Shown here in pieces: positions 10,438-18,903 of a stretch of DNA of 64,000 bases (position 1 is its first letter; each line of letters begins with the position of its first letter). Below the pieces are notes generated by a model, which saw only the letters and a program-made list of their open reading frames with translations, did no database searches and was not told where the DNA came from. This stretch comes from Acidobacteriota bacterium (lineage in GTDB: Bacteria > Acidobacteriota > Thermoanaerobaculia > Gp7-AA8), in NCBI GenBank assembly GCA_019244185.1, contig JAFATB010000014.1:63587-127586 (forward strand), written 5' to 3'. Both the position numbers and the translations under genes were made by a program.

Positions 10438-10473
10438 AGCAAAAAAGAAAGGCCGGCTTACGCCGGCCTTTCA
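10438..10473 (-). terminator. Rho-independent terminator (minus strand)
   Basis: On the minus strand, the hairpin gaaaggccggcgtaagccggcctttc is followed by TTTTTTG. It lies directly downstream of the small ORF 10506..10595. Confidence 0.7.
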
Positions 10474-10505
10474 GTACGACTCCCCAAAGGTTCGGTGATG
10501 ATCGC

Positions 10506-10595
10506 TTACTTCTTCTTCGACGACTTCTTGCTGCTGCTGCCGCCGCTGGACTTCTTCGACGAAGACTTGGAACCGCCCTTCTTCGAGGCTGCCAT
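10506..10595 (-). CDS. Unannotated small ORF (29 aa). Lys/Ser/Gly-rich peptide MAASKKGGSKSSSKKSSGGSSSKKSSKKK.
   Basis: Strong SD (AAAGGTGGTGA) 6-9 nt upstream of the ATG, a clean TAA stop and an intrinsic terminator 30 nt downstream. An AT-rich promoter-like region lies upstream (TTGACA at about 10775 on the minus strand). It is below the 60-aa cutoff of the ORF track. Confidence 0.55.
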   Translation of the reverse strand: MAASKKGGSKSSSKKSSGGSSSKKSSKKK

Positions 10596-10599
10596 TAGT

Positions 10600-10836
10600 G
10601 CTCACCACCTTTCATGCCGTACGGGACCTCCCGGTCGCGCTTCTTGGCATAACGCGCCGGATCGCTCCGGCAAACTCGTTACCGATGTGCGGGGGAACCG
10701 GGGAAGTGGAGATACGGGTGATGACGACCTGCGACTTGACTGAATCTTTCATCCAGTAGGCGATCATCATGTACTGATCAAAAGTAGGATCGTTAATCCA
10801 TATTGTCAAGCGATTTGTTTATCGAAATCGTAATTC
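10600..10836 (-). promoter_or_regulatory. AT-rich intergenic region with -35-like TTGACA and a possible structured 5' leader for the small ORF
   Basis: Local GC drops sharply (e.g. ttgacaatatggattaacgatcctacttttgatcagtacatgatgatcgcc on the minus strand). There is no convincing protein-coding potential. Confidence 0.35.
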
Positions 10837-11862
10837 TCACCCGTTGTTCCACGATGTTCCACGCTTTCGCGCCTCTTCGTACGCTTCCGCGGTGCGTTCC
10901 GCGCATCGTTTCCAGGTGAAGACGCGCGCGCGCGCGACGCCGCGAGCGGCTAGTTGCGCGCGCAGCGATGCGTCCCGCGCGACGCGCAGCATCGCATCCG
11001 CGAGCACGTGCGCACCGCGCGCGTCGGCGTGCAGCGCGGCGTCGCCGGTGACTTCGACGAGCGCGGGCGCGAGCGAGGTGATGACCGCGGTGCCGCACGC
11101 CATCGCTTCCGCGGCAGGAAGTCCGAAGCCTTCTTCACGCGACGGCATCACCAGCGCGAGCGCGCCGCGGTAGAGCGCGAACAGTTCGTCGTCGCTGACG
11201 CGGCCGCGCGCGACGACGCCGTCGACATGCGCGAATCGCGCGAACGGCGCGCCCGCAAGCACGAGCCGCACGTCCGGCAACTCGCGGCGGACGTGCGCGA
11301 AAGCCTCGACGAGGGTGCCCACGTTCTTGTGCGGCTTGTCATTGCCGACGAAGAGAAAGTCGCGGCCCGGCGACGCGACGCCGGCGGGCACGTCGACGCC
11401 ATTCGGCGTGACGACCACCTCGCGCGCGCCGAGCTCGCGCTCGAGCTGGAGGCGCACGCTCTCGCTCACTGTGAGCACGCGCGCGGCCTTCCGCACCGCC
11501 CGCCGCAGCATCGTCCGCGCGTACACGCGAGCCAGCGGATGCAGCGGCTGGTGCAGATGAATGAGGTCGTGGATCGTGACCACGACCGGCAGCCGCGTGA
11601 ACGGGACGACGTAGTGCGGCGCATGCAGCACGTCCACGCCCGCGCGCTCCGCCGCGCGTCCGACGACGAGCAACTCGCGCACCGAGTAATGCGGCGCATC
11701 GACGACGACGTGCTCGACACCGTCGGGAAGCGCCGCGTCCGCTGGCGCGAACGCGACGTACGTGTCGCCACGCTCCAGCGCGACGAGCCCGCGCAGCAGG
11801 CCGCGGATGTACGTGCCGATCCCAAAGTCGGCGATCTTGCGCGCGTCGATGCCTACGCGCAT
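10837..11862 (-). CDS. glycosyltransferase family 4 (GT-B fold)
   Basis: MRVGIDARK start. EX7E-type C-terminal motif (PSREEGFGLPAAEAMACGTAVI). The ORF-track start at 12630 is a GC artefact. Confidence 0.75.
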   Translation of the reverse strand: MRVGIDARKIADFGIGTYIRGLLRGLVALERGDTYVAFAPADAALPDGVEHVVVDAPHYSVRELLVVGRAAERAGVDVLHAPHYVVPFTRLPVVVTIHDLIHLHQPLHPLARVYARTMLRRAVRKAARVLTVSESVRLQLERELGAREVVVTPNGVDVPAGVASPGRDFLFVGNDKPHKNVGTLVEAFAHVRRELPDVRLVLAGAPFARFAHVDGVVARGRVSDDELFALYRGALALVMPSREEGFGLPAAEAMACGTAVITSLAPALVEVTGDAALHADARGAHVLADAMLRVARDASLRAQLAARGVARARVFTWKRCAERTAEAYEEARKRGTSWNNG

Positions 11863-12854
11863 CGCAGTAGCTCCGCCATCGTTCGCGCGCTCGGCTCCCA
11901 CCCGAACCGCCGCGCGCGTTCCGGTCCGCGCGCGCGCAGGTCGCGGCGCAGCGCGGCGTCGCGCAGGACGCGCGTGAGCGCGTCGCGCAGCGCGTTGCGG
12001 TCGCCCGGTGGCACGAGCAGCGCGGCGTCGCCGGCGAACTCGGGGATCGCGCCGGTGCGCGTGGCGATCACCGGCGCGCCGCACGCCATCGCCTCGAGCG
12101 GCGGAATGCCGAAGCCCTCGTAGTGGGACGGGTAGACGAACGCCTTCGCGCCGCGGTACAGCGCGCGCAGGCGTTCGCGCGGCACGTAGCCGGTGCGCTC
12201 GATGCCGTCGTCGTTCGCCACCTTCGTCTTCCAGCCGGCGTCGCCGCAGAGCACGAGGCGGGGGCGGGGGCGGGGCAGCGAGCGCCACACCGCGAGCAGG
12301 TCGTCGATGCCTTTGCGCGGCTCGAGCGTTCCGGTGAAGAGCACGTAATTCTCTTCCTCGCCGCCAGGCGTGAAGAAGTCGTCGACGCCGTTCGGCACGA
12401 GCTCGAGCTTCGCGGCGTCGACGCCGAAGCCGCGCATCGCCTCGTCCGCGACCGCGCGCGAGACGCACGCGATGCGCGATGCGAGTTCGAGGCTGCGGCC
12501 GATGAACAGGTTGAACGAGAGGATCGTCTGCGCGCGGTGGCGGTGCGGCATGGTGATCGACGTGAAGTCGTGCAGCGTCACGACCGACCGTTTCTTCCAC
12601 GCGACCGGCAGCGTTCCGTGCGGTCCCCACAGCACGTCCGCGTCGATGCGCGGCAGCGCGAGTTGTTGCCAGAGGACGCCGAGCGGCATCGGGTCGACGC
12701 GGAAGGTGCAGCGTTCGAGGCCGGAGCGATCCGCGATCTCCGCGTGCGAGGCGATGAGCGGCGGGTCCGGCAGCCGCCGCGCGATCTCGGCGGTGTGCAC
12801 GCCGATCCCGGTGCGATGTCCGACGAGCGGGCGGCCGTCGATGAGAACGTTCAA
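11853..12854 (-). CDS. glycosyltransferase family 4
   Basis: YPSHYEGFGIPPLEAMACGAPVIAT motif. Start uncertain: a TTG at 12854 avoids overlap with the upstream gene, while the ORF frame is open to 12977. Confidence 0.65.
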   Translation of the reverse strand: MNVLIDGRPLVGHRTGIGVHTAEIARRLPDPPLIASHAEIADRSGLERCTFRVDPMPLGVLWQQLALPRIDADVLWGPHGTLPVAWKKRSVVTLHDFTSITMPHRHRAQTILSFNLFIGRSLELASRIACVSRAVADEAMRGFGVDAAKLELVPNGVDDFFTPGGEEENYVLFTGTLEPRKGIDDLLAVWRSLPRPRPRLVLCGDAGWKTKVANDDGIERTGYVPRERLRALYRGAKAFVYPSHYEGFGIPPLEAMACGAPVIATRTGAIPEFAGDAALLVPPGDRNALRDALTRVLRDAALRRDLRARGPERARRFGWEPSARTMAELLRCA

Positions 12855-12858
12855 CTCG

Positions 12859-14067
12859 TCAGAGTCTAGCGGCCCGCCGCAGCACCGCCAACGTTTCGTC
12901 CGCCGCGCGCGACCACTGGAACTCCGCGGCACGCGCGCGCCCGCGCGTCGCGAGCTCCGCGCGCAGCGCGTCGTCATGCAGCACGCGCGCGAGCAGCGTC
13001 GTCAGCGCATCGACGTCGGTCGGTTCGAAGTACAACGCCGCGTCGCCGCCGATTTCCGGCAGCGACGAGCTCCGCGCGGCGATCGACGGCACGCCATGCG
13101 CCATTGCCTCGAGCAGCGGAAAGCCGAAGCCCTCGTAGAGCGACGGAAAGACGAACGCCTCCGCGTGCTGATAGACCGTCGCCAGCTGCGACGCGCGCAG
13201 ATAGTCGAGGTGCACGATGCCGGGTCCTCGCAATCGTCGCGCGATCGCTTCCGACTTCCAGCCGATCTTGCCGACCACGACGAGCTTGCCGTCATAGCTC
13301 GCGCGGATGCGTTCGTACGCATCGAGCAGCGTGCCGAGGTTCTTGCGCGGCTCGATCGTGCTGACGAAGAGGATGTAGCGCGAGGGCAGTCCGTCGACCG
13401 GCTCCGCGGGCGGGAGCGCGCCGAGGCCGGAGTGGATCGCGAAGGCGCGCGAGGGATCGACGGCGTAGTAGGCGAGGAGATCCCGGCGCGTCGACTCGGA
13501 GACGCAGACGATCGCGTCGGCGACGGCGATCTCGCGCAGCATCTGCCGTTCGAGATTGTCGAGGGTCTCCTTTTGCAGCAGCTCGGGAAAACGCTTGTAG
13601 GTGAGGTCGTGAATCGTGATCACGCGACGCCGCGCGACCGCGCCGTGCAGCCGCGGCAGAAAGTAGTTCGCGCCGAAGAAGACGTCGCAGCCGGCGAGCG
13701 CGAGCCACGCGACGTACGCGGCGGCGGTGAGCGGGCGATCGAAGCGGCCGATGCTCTGTCCGCGCAGATCGAACGTGCAGAGCCTCGCGTTCGCAGGAAG
13801 CGAAGCATGCAGATGCGGCCCGAGATCCGTGGCGCGCGCGTCGCCGAAGAGCAGCAGCTCGATGTCGTCGTGTTTCGCGAGCTCATGCAGCAGGTGATGG
13901 AGGTACCAGCCGACGCCGGTGAGCGGCTCGTAAAACGGGCGGATGTCGACGCCGATGCGCAGCTTGCGCTCGCGGCGCGACGCCGCACCCCATGCGCGGC
14001 GCGCGCGATCGGCGAGCGCCTGGCGTAGAGTGTGAACGACGACCACGGCTGTTCCGCGCAGCGACAT
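12859..14067 (-). CDS. glycosyltransferase family 4
   Basis: FPSLYEGFGFPLLEAMAHGVPSIAA motif. The true start may be downstream of 14067, which lies only 20 bp from the divergent gene. Confidence 0.7.
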   Translation of the reverse strand: MSLRGTAVVVVHTLRQALADRARRAWGAASRRERKLRIGVDIRPFYEPLTGVGWYLHHLLHELAKHDDIELLLFGDARATDLGPHLHASLPANARLCTFDLRGQSIGRFDRPLTAAAYVAWLALAGCDVFFGANYFLPRLHGAVARRRVITIHDLTYKRFPELLQKETLDNLERQMLREIAVADAIVCVSESTRRDLLAYYAVDPSRAFAIHSGLGALPPAEPVDGLPSRYILFVSTIEPRKNLGTLLDAYERIRASYDGKLVVVGKIGWKSEAIARRLRGPGIVHLDYLRASQLATVYQHAEAFVFPSLYEGFGFPLLEAMAHGVPSIAARSSSLPEIGGDAALYFEPTDVDALTTLLARVLHDDALRAELATRGRARAAEFQWSRAADETLAVLRRAARL

Positions 14068-14087
14068 CGGCGCGGGATCGTAGCAGC

Positions 14088-15314
14088 ATGCGCATCGCCC
14101 TCATCATTCTGATCGTTCTCGCGCTGATCGCCGGCGGGCTCGCCGCGTATCTCGCGTTCACGACGCCGCACGCCGCGGCGCCGCTGCGGATGCCGCTCAC
14201 GAACGCGCAGCGCGCGCTCCTCGCGCATGCCGGTGCGGACGCCGACACGCTCGCGTACATCCCGCGCGCGGCGGTGCTCCGCGCGAAGCTGCTCGCGAAT
14301 CCGGTCACGCGCGACGCCGTCGAGCGCTGGACCTCCGCCGAGTCCACCCCGCCGCCCTGGCTCCTCGGCGGCGCCGACGTCGTGCTGTGGCACAGCGAGA
14401 AGCGGACGAGCTACGCCGTGCGCCTCGACGCGTTGCGCGCGTGGCTCGCGCGCGCGTGGCTCTCGTTCGCGACGAATGCCGACGCGCGCTGGGACGGCGA
14501 CCTGCTGCTGATGAATGCTCCGGTCGAGCCGATGATCGGCGACGCCGCGCTCGCGCCGATTCTGCAGCTCGCGAGCGGCTTGCCCGAGGGAGACGTGTTC
14601 ATCGTGCAGCGCGAAGGCGGGCGCGGTGCGTTTCCGCCGATCGCGCGTCCGGCGGTCTCGTCGGTGCGCGTCGCCGCGAGCGATCTCGTCGTGGTCTCGC
14701 GCGCGAACGCCGACGAGACGAACAGCGCGCCGCACGCGCCGGTGGTCGCGCGTTTCCCGCGCGGCGCGCTGCTCTCCGCGACCTTCGCCGCGCCGCCGCG
14801 CATTCTCGGCGACGTCCGCCGGCTGCTCCTCGGTATCGACATTCAGTCGCTCGTCGACGACGGCGGCTCGATCGCGCTCTACGACGTCGACGCCGGCACG
14901 CTGCTGCCGCGCCCGAACGGCGTCATCGTCATCCCCGCGAACGAGAAGACGCGCGCCGCGGTCGACCCGATCGTCCGCGCGGCCGAGCTCGTCGGCGAAA
15001 CGCGCGATACCGGCAGCGAGCTCCTCGTCGCGGTCGACCGCACCAGCCTTCCCCTGTATTTAAAGGATACGTTCGTCCCCGCGACGTGGCCGGCCAACGG
15101 CTGGGCGCTGCGGATCGACCCGAAACGCTTCGTTCCGCTGCTGGGAAAGCTCGGCGACAACACGGGCCTGCGCTTCGCCGCGCCGCGCATCCATCGCGCC
15201 GCGCGCGACCTGCGCCGCTGGATCGGCGCGCTCGAGCAGGCCGAGGCGATCGAGGCGGCTGACTCCGTCAACGGCGGCGTCGAGGAACTGCGCGTGCGGG
15301 TTGCATCGAAATAG
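14088..15314 (+). CDS. membrane-anchored hypothetical protein
   Basis: N-terminal TM MRIALIILIVLALIAGGLAAYLAF, followed by about 380 aa with no recognisable motifs. Confidence 0.5.
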   Translation: MRIALIILIVLALIAGGLAAYLAFTTPHAAAPLRMPLTNAQRALLAHAGADADTLAYIPRAAVLRAKLLANPVTRDAVERWTSAESTPPPWLLGGADVVLWHSEKRTSYAVRLDALRAWLARAWLSFATNADARWDGDLLLMNAPVEPMIGDAALAPILQLASGLPEGDVFIVQREGGRGAFPPIARPAVSSVRVAASDLVVVSRANADETNSAPHAPVVARFPRGALLSATFAAPPRILGDVRRLLLGIDIQSLVDDGGSIALYDVDAGTLLPRPNGVIVIPANEKTRAAVDPIVRAAELVGETRDTGSELLVAVDRTSLPLYLKDTFVPATWPANGWALRIDPKRFVPLLGKLGDNTGLRFAAPRIHRAARDLRRWIGALEQAEAIEAADSVNGGVEELRVRVASK

Positions 15315-15359
15315 ATTGGCCTCCCGGCCAGTTACGGCTTCGGCTCAGCCGGACGCAAC

Positions 15360-15920
15360 ATGAACGACATCATCAGTTTCGACGAGATCGACGAACACGG
15401 GTCGCAGACCGTGCGCGGCGCGTACGACGTTCCGCCCGCGGAGCTCGACCGCGACGAGGCGGCCGGCGGTGCGCGCGTCGAGATCCAGGCGACCGTCGCG
15501 AAGGGCGATCTCGAAGGGGAGTACGTCGCCGACGGCACCGCCGTCGTCACGGCCGACCTCGAGTGTTCGCGCTGCGTCGAGCCGTATCCGTTTGCGAACA
15601 CTTCCGGCTTTCACGTAAGATTCCGCCCTCGTCTCGAGGTCTCCGAGGAGAACGAGGAGATCGAGATCACCGACAAGGAAGAGCTGGACGTTGAGTTCTA
15701 CACGGAACGAACGATCCCGCTGCGCGAGTTCGCGCTCGAGCAGGTCCAGCTGGCGATCCCGATGAAGCCTCTGTGCGACGAGAACTGCCTCGGCCTTTGC
15801 CCCACATGCGGCGCCGTCCGCTCGCGCGAGAAGTGCTCGTGCGAGAACTCCATCGTCGATGAACGATGGGGCGCGCTGCAGGGCATTCGCGAGGAGCTGT
15901 CGAAGAAGAAAGACGTTTAA
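15360..15920 (+). CDS. yceD: YceD/DUF177 family protein (23S rRNA accumulation protein)
   Basis: C-terminal CxxC...CxxC (CDENCLGLCPTCG). Its conserved position immediately upstream of rpmF-plsX. Confidence 0.75.
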   Translation: MNDIISFDEIDEHGSQTVRGAYDVPPAELDRDEAAGGARVEIQATVAKGDLEGEYVADGTAVVTADLECSRCVEPYPFANTSGFHVRFRPRLEVSEENEEIEITDKEELDVEFYTERTIPLREFALEQVQLAIPMKPLCDENCLGLCPTCGAVRSREKCSCENSIVDERWGALQGIREELSKKKDV

Positions 15921-15941
15921 CCTCAATCAGGAGTCATCACC

Positions 15942-16127
15942 ATGCCGAATCCCAAACGACGCCATTCGAAGGCGAGAACCCGCTCGCGCCGCGCGCACGA
16001 CTTCCTCGACGCGAAGTCGCTCTCGACGTGCCCGCAGTGCCACGAGGCGAAGGAGCCGCACCGCGTCTGCCCGAAGTGCGGGTACTACAAGGGCCGCGAA
16101 GTCCTCACCGTCAAGGACGCGCTCTAG
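15942..16127 (+). CDS. rpmF: 50S ribosomal protein L32
   Basis: MPNPKRRHSKARTRSRRAH...CPQCHEAKEPHRVCPKCGYY, 61 aa. Confidence 0.95.
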   Translation: MPNPKRRHSKARTRSRRAHDFLDAKSLSTCPQCHEAKEPHRVCPKCGYYKGREVLTVKDAL

Positions 16128-16139
16128 TTCCTCGACGCG

Positions 16140-17195
16140 ATGGCTGCTGACGGAACGCCTGCCGTCCGCATCGCGCTCGACGCGATGGGAGGCGACAACG
16201 CGCCCGACGAGATCATCAAAGGCGCGTTGCTCGCCGCCGGCGAGTCCCCCGTGGCCATCACGCTCGTCGGCCGCGAAGAAGTCATCGCGGAGAAACTGAA
16301 AGCCTTCGCCGGCGGCAATCCGTCGTCCGCGATCGACATCGCCGACGCGCGCGAAGTCGTGGAGATGGGCGACACCGCGCTCGCGCCGTTGCGCCGCAAA
16401 CGCAACTCGTCCATCCGCATCTGCGCGAACCTCGTCGCCGAAGGGAAAGCGGATGCGATGGTCTCCGCGGGCCACACCGGCGCCGCGATGACCAGCGCGT
16501 ACAAGGTCCTCGGCACGATCGAAGGCGTGAGCCGCCCCGCGCTCGCCGCCATTCTGCCGAGCGCGAAAGGGCATACCGTGCTGCTCGACGTCGGCGCGAA
16601 CGTCGACTCGAAGCCCGCGTATCTGCGCGAGTTCGCGGTCATGGGCCACTTCTACGCGCAGATGATCTTCGGCATCGAGGCGCCGCGCGTCGGCCTGCTC
16701 TCGATCGGCGAGGAAGAAGGCAAAGGCAACGAGCTCACGAAAGAGACGTTCCGCGTTCTCAAGGAAACGGGACTCAACTTCATGGGCAACGCCGAAGGGC
16801 GCGACGTCTTCAACGGCAACGCGGACGTCATCGTCTGCGACGGCTTCATCGGCAACGTCGTGCTGAAGGCAGGCGAAGCCCTCGGCGAGATGGTCAGCAA
16901 GATGCTGCGCGCCGAAGTCACGCGCACGCCGGTGCGCAAGGCCGGCGCGCTGATTCTCCGCGGCGCGTTCGACGACATCAAGAAGCAGATGGACTACTCC
17001 GAATACGGCGGCGCGCCGCTCCTCGGCGTCAACGGCGGCTGCATCATCTCGCACGGCCGCTCGAACGCGAAGGCGGTGAAGAACGCCATCCGCGTCGCGC
17101 GCGAGTTCGCCTCGAACCGCGTCGACGCGAAGATCCGCGCGAAGATCGGCGACCTGCACACGCGCGAGCACGCGTCGGCCATCCTCGCCCAGTAA
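16140..17195 (+). CDS. plsX: phosphate acyltransferase PlsX
   Basis: RIALDAMGGDNAP and GFIGNVVLK motifs, 351 aa. Confidence 0.9.
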   Translation: MAADGTPAVRIALDAMGGDNAPDEIIKGALLAAGESPVAITLVGREEVIAEKLKAFAGGNPSSAIDIADAREVVEMGDTALAPLRRKRNSSIRICANLVAEGKADAMVSAGHTGAAMTSAYKVLGTIEGVSRPALAAILPSAKGHTVLLDVGANVDSKPAYLREFAVMGHFYAQMIFGIEAPRVGLLSIGEEEGKGNELTKETFRVLKETGLNFMGNAEGRDVFNGNADVIVCDGFIGNVVLKAGEALGEMVSKMLRAEVTRTPVRKAGALILRGAFDDIKKQMDYSEYGGAPLLGVNGGCIISHGRSNAKAVKNAIRVAREFASNRVDAKIRAKIGDLHTREHASAILAQ

Positions 17196-17233
17196 GCGCG
17201 GGAAGCCGCGGGCCGCGCTATCATCCGCGCGCC

Positions 17234-18163
17234 ATGGAACACAACACCGCCTTCGTCTTTCCCGGCCAGGGCAGCCAGTACGCCGGCATGGGGAAAGACG
17301 TCGCCGAAAAATACCCGGCTGCGCGCCGCGTCTTCGACGAGATCGACGCCGCCCTCGGCTTCTCGATCTCGCAGCTCTGCTTCGAAGGTCCCGACGAGCA
17401 GCTCAAGCTGACGCAGAACACGCAGCCGGCCATTCTCGCCGTGTCGAGCGCGATTCACGCCGTGCTCGAAGAACGCGGAGCCGCACGACGCGATCTCGTC
17501 GCCGGGCATTCGCTCGGCGAGTACAGCGCCATCGTGAGCGTCGGTGGACTGACGCCGGCGGACGCCGCGAAGATCGTCCACGCGCGCGGCACGTTCATGC
17601 AGGACGCGGTTCCCATCGGCACCGGCGGCATGGCCGCGCTCATCGGCCCGAGCGTCGACGACGCGCGCGCGATCTGCGAGGAAGCGGCGCAGGGCGAGAT
17701 CGTCTCCGTCGCGAACATCAACGCGCCGGGACAGATCGTCATCGCCGGCACGAAAGCCGGCATCGAGCGCGCGATCGAAGTGGCGAAGAAACGCGGCGTG
17801 CGCCGCGCGCTGCCGCTGCCGGTCTCCGCGCCGTTCCACTGCGAGCTGATGAAGCCCGCGGAAGAGCGACTGCGGCCGATCCTCGACGACGCGCCGTTCA
17901 AGGACCTCTGGACCTCGCTCGTGTCGAACGTCGACGCGTCGCCGATCGGCACCGCGACGGCCGTGCGCAATGCGCTGCTGCGGCAGGTCGCGTCGCCGGT
18001 GCGCTGGGTCGAGTCGGTGCAGAAGATGGTGTCGATGGGCGTGAGGCGTTTCGTCGAAATCGGCCCCGGCAACGTGCTCACGGGACTCATCAAACGCATC
18101 GATCCGAACGTGGAGCTCGTGAACGTCTCGGACGTTCCGTCGCTCGAGGCATTTCTCGCATGA
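17234..18163 (+). CDS. fabD: malonyl-CoA:ACP transacylase
   Basis: FVFPGQGSQYAGMG with the GHSLGEYSA active-site serine motif. Confidence 0.9.
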   Translation: MEHNTAFVFPGQGSQYAGMGKDVAEKYPAARRVFDEIDAALGFSISQLCFEGPDEQLKLTQNTQPAILAVSSAIHAVLEERGAARRDLVAGHSLGEYSAIVSVGGLTPADAAKIVHARGTFMQDAVPIGTGGMAALIGPSVDDARAICEEAAQGEIVSVANINAPGQIVIAGTKAGIERAIEVAKKRGVRRALPLPVSAPFHCELMKPAEERLRPILDDAPFKDLWTSLVSNVDASPIGTATAVRNALLRQVASPVRWVESVQKMVSMGVRRFVEIGPGNVLTGLIKRIDPNVELVNVSDVPSLEAFLA

Positions 18164-18888
18164 ACATCGATCTCACCGGAAAGACCGCTCTCGTCACCGG
18201 CGCCTCGCGCGGCATCGGCGAAGCCATCGCGCGCGGGCTGGCGCAGTCGGGCGCGCACGTGCTCTGCGCCGCGCGCTCCGCGGAGCGCGTGAACGAGCTC
18301 GCCGCGCAGCTCGGCAACGCCACCGGCGTCGCGCTCGACATCGCCGCGCCCGACGCGCGCGAACGCGTGGCCGCGCTGGTAAAGGAGCGCGCCGTCGACA
18401 TCCTCGTCAACAACGCCGGGATCACCGAGGATGATCTCTTCATCCGCATGAAGCCGGAGGCGTGGACAAACGTCATCCGCACGAACCTCGACTCCGCGTT
18501 CGCGGTCACGCAGGAAGTGGTCAAGAAGATGATCCGCGCTCGCTGGGGCCGCGTCATCAACATCTCGTCGGTGGTCGGCCTGATGGGCAATCCCGGCCAG
18601 GTGAACTACGCGAGCTCGAAGGCGGCGATCATCGGCTTCACGAAAGCGCTCGCGCTGGAGATCGGCTCGCGCAACGTGACCGTCAATGCGATCGCGCCCG
18701 GCTACATTCAGACCGCGATGACCGACGCCCTCGGCGACGACGCGCGCGAGAAGCTCGCCGAGCGCATCGCCCTGAAACGCCTCGGCACGGTCGAAGACGT
18801 CGCGAACGCCGTCGTCTTCCTCGCGAGCGAGCAGGCCGGCTACATCACCGGCACGGTCGTCAACGTGAGCGGCGGCCTGTACACGTAG
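18160..18888 (+). CDS. fabG: 3-oxoacyl-ACP reductase
   Basis: TALVTGASRGIGEAIA Rossmann motif and the SDR catalytic YxxxK region. 4-nt overlap with fabD. Confidence 0.9.
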   Translation: MNIDLTGKTALVTGASRGIGEAIARGLAQSGAHVLCAARSAERVNELAAQLGNATGVALDIAAPDARERVAALVKERAVDILVNNAGITEDDLFIRMKPEAWTNVIRTNLDSAFAVTQEVVKKMIRARWGRVINISSVVGLMGNPGQVNYASSKAAIIGFTKALALEIGSRNVTVNAIAPGYIQTAMTDALGDDAREKLAERIALKRLGTVEDVANAVVFLASEQAGYITGTVVNVSGGLYT

Positions 18889-18903
18889 CGCTATACGTAG
18901 CGC

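Noticed and set aside
10595-10615. 6-codon uORF (MKGGEH) overlapping the small-ORF start by one nucleotide
   Set aside because: It is too short and lacks its own RBS. More likely it is just the SD region of the 29-aa ORF read in frame.
14067-14088. Divergent starts only 20 bp apart (GT4 at 14067 and the membrane protein at 14088)
   Set aside because: Not impossible, but it leaves no room for two promoters. The GT4 start is probably an internal non-ATG codon. I kept the coordinates but lowered confidence rather than invent a start.
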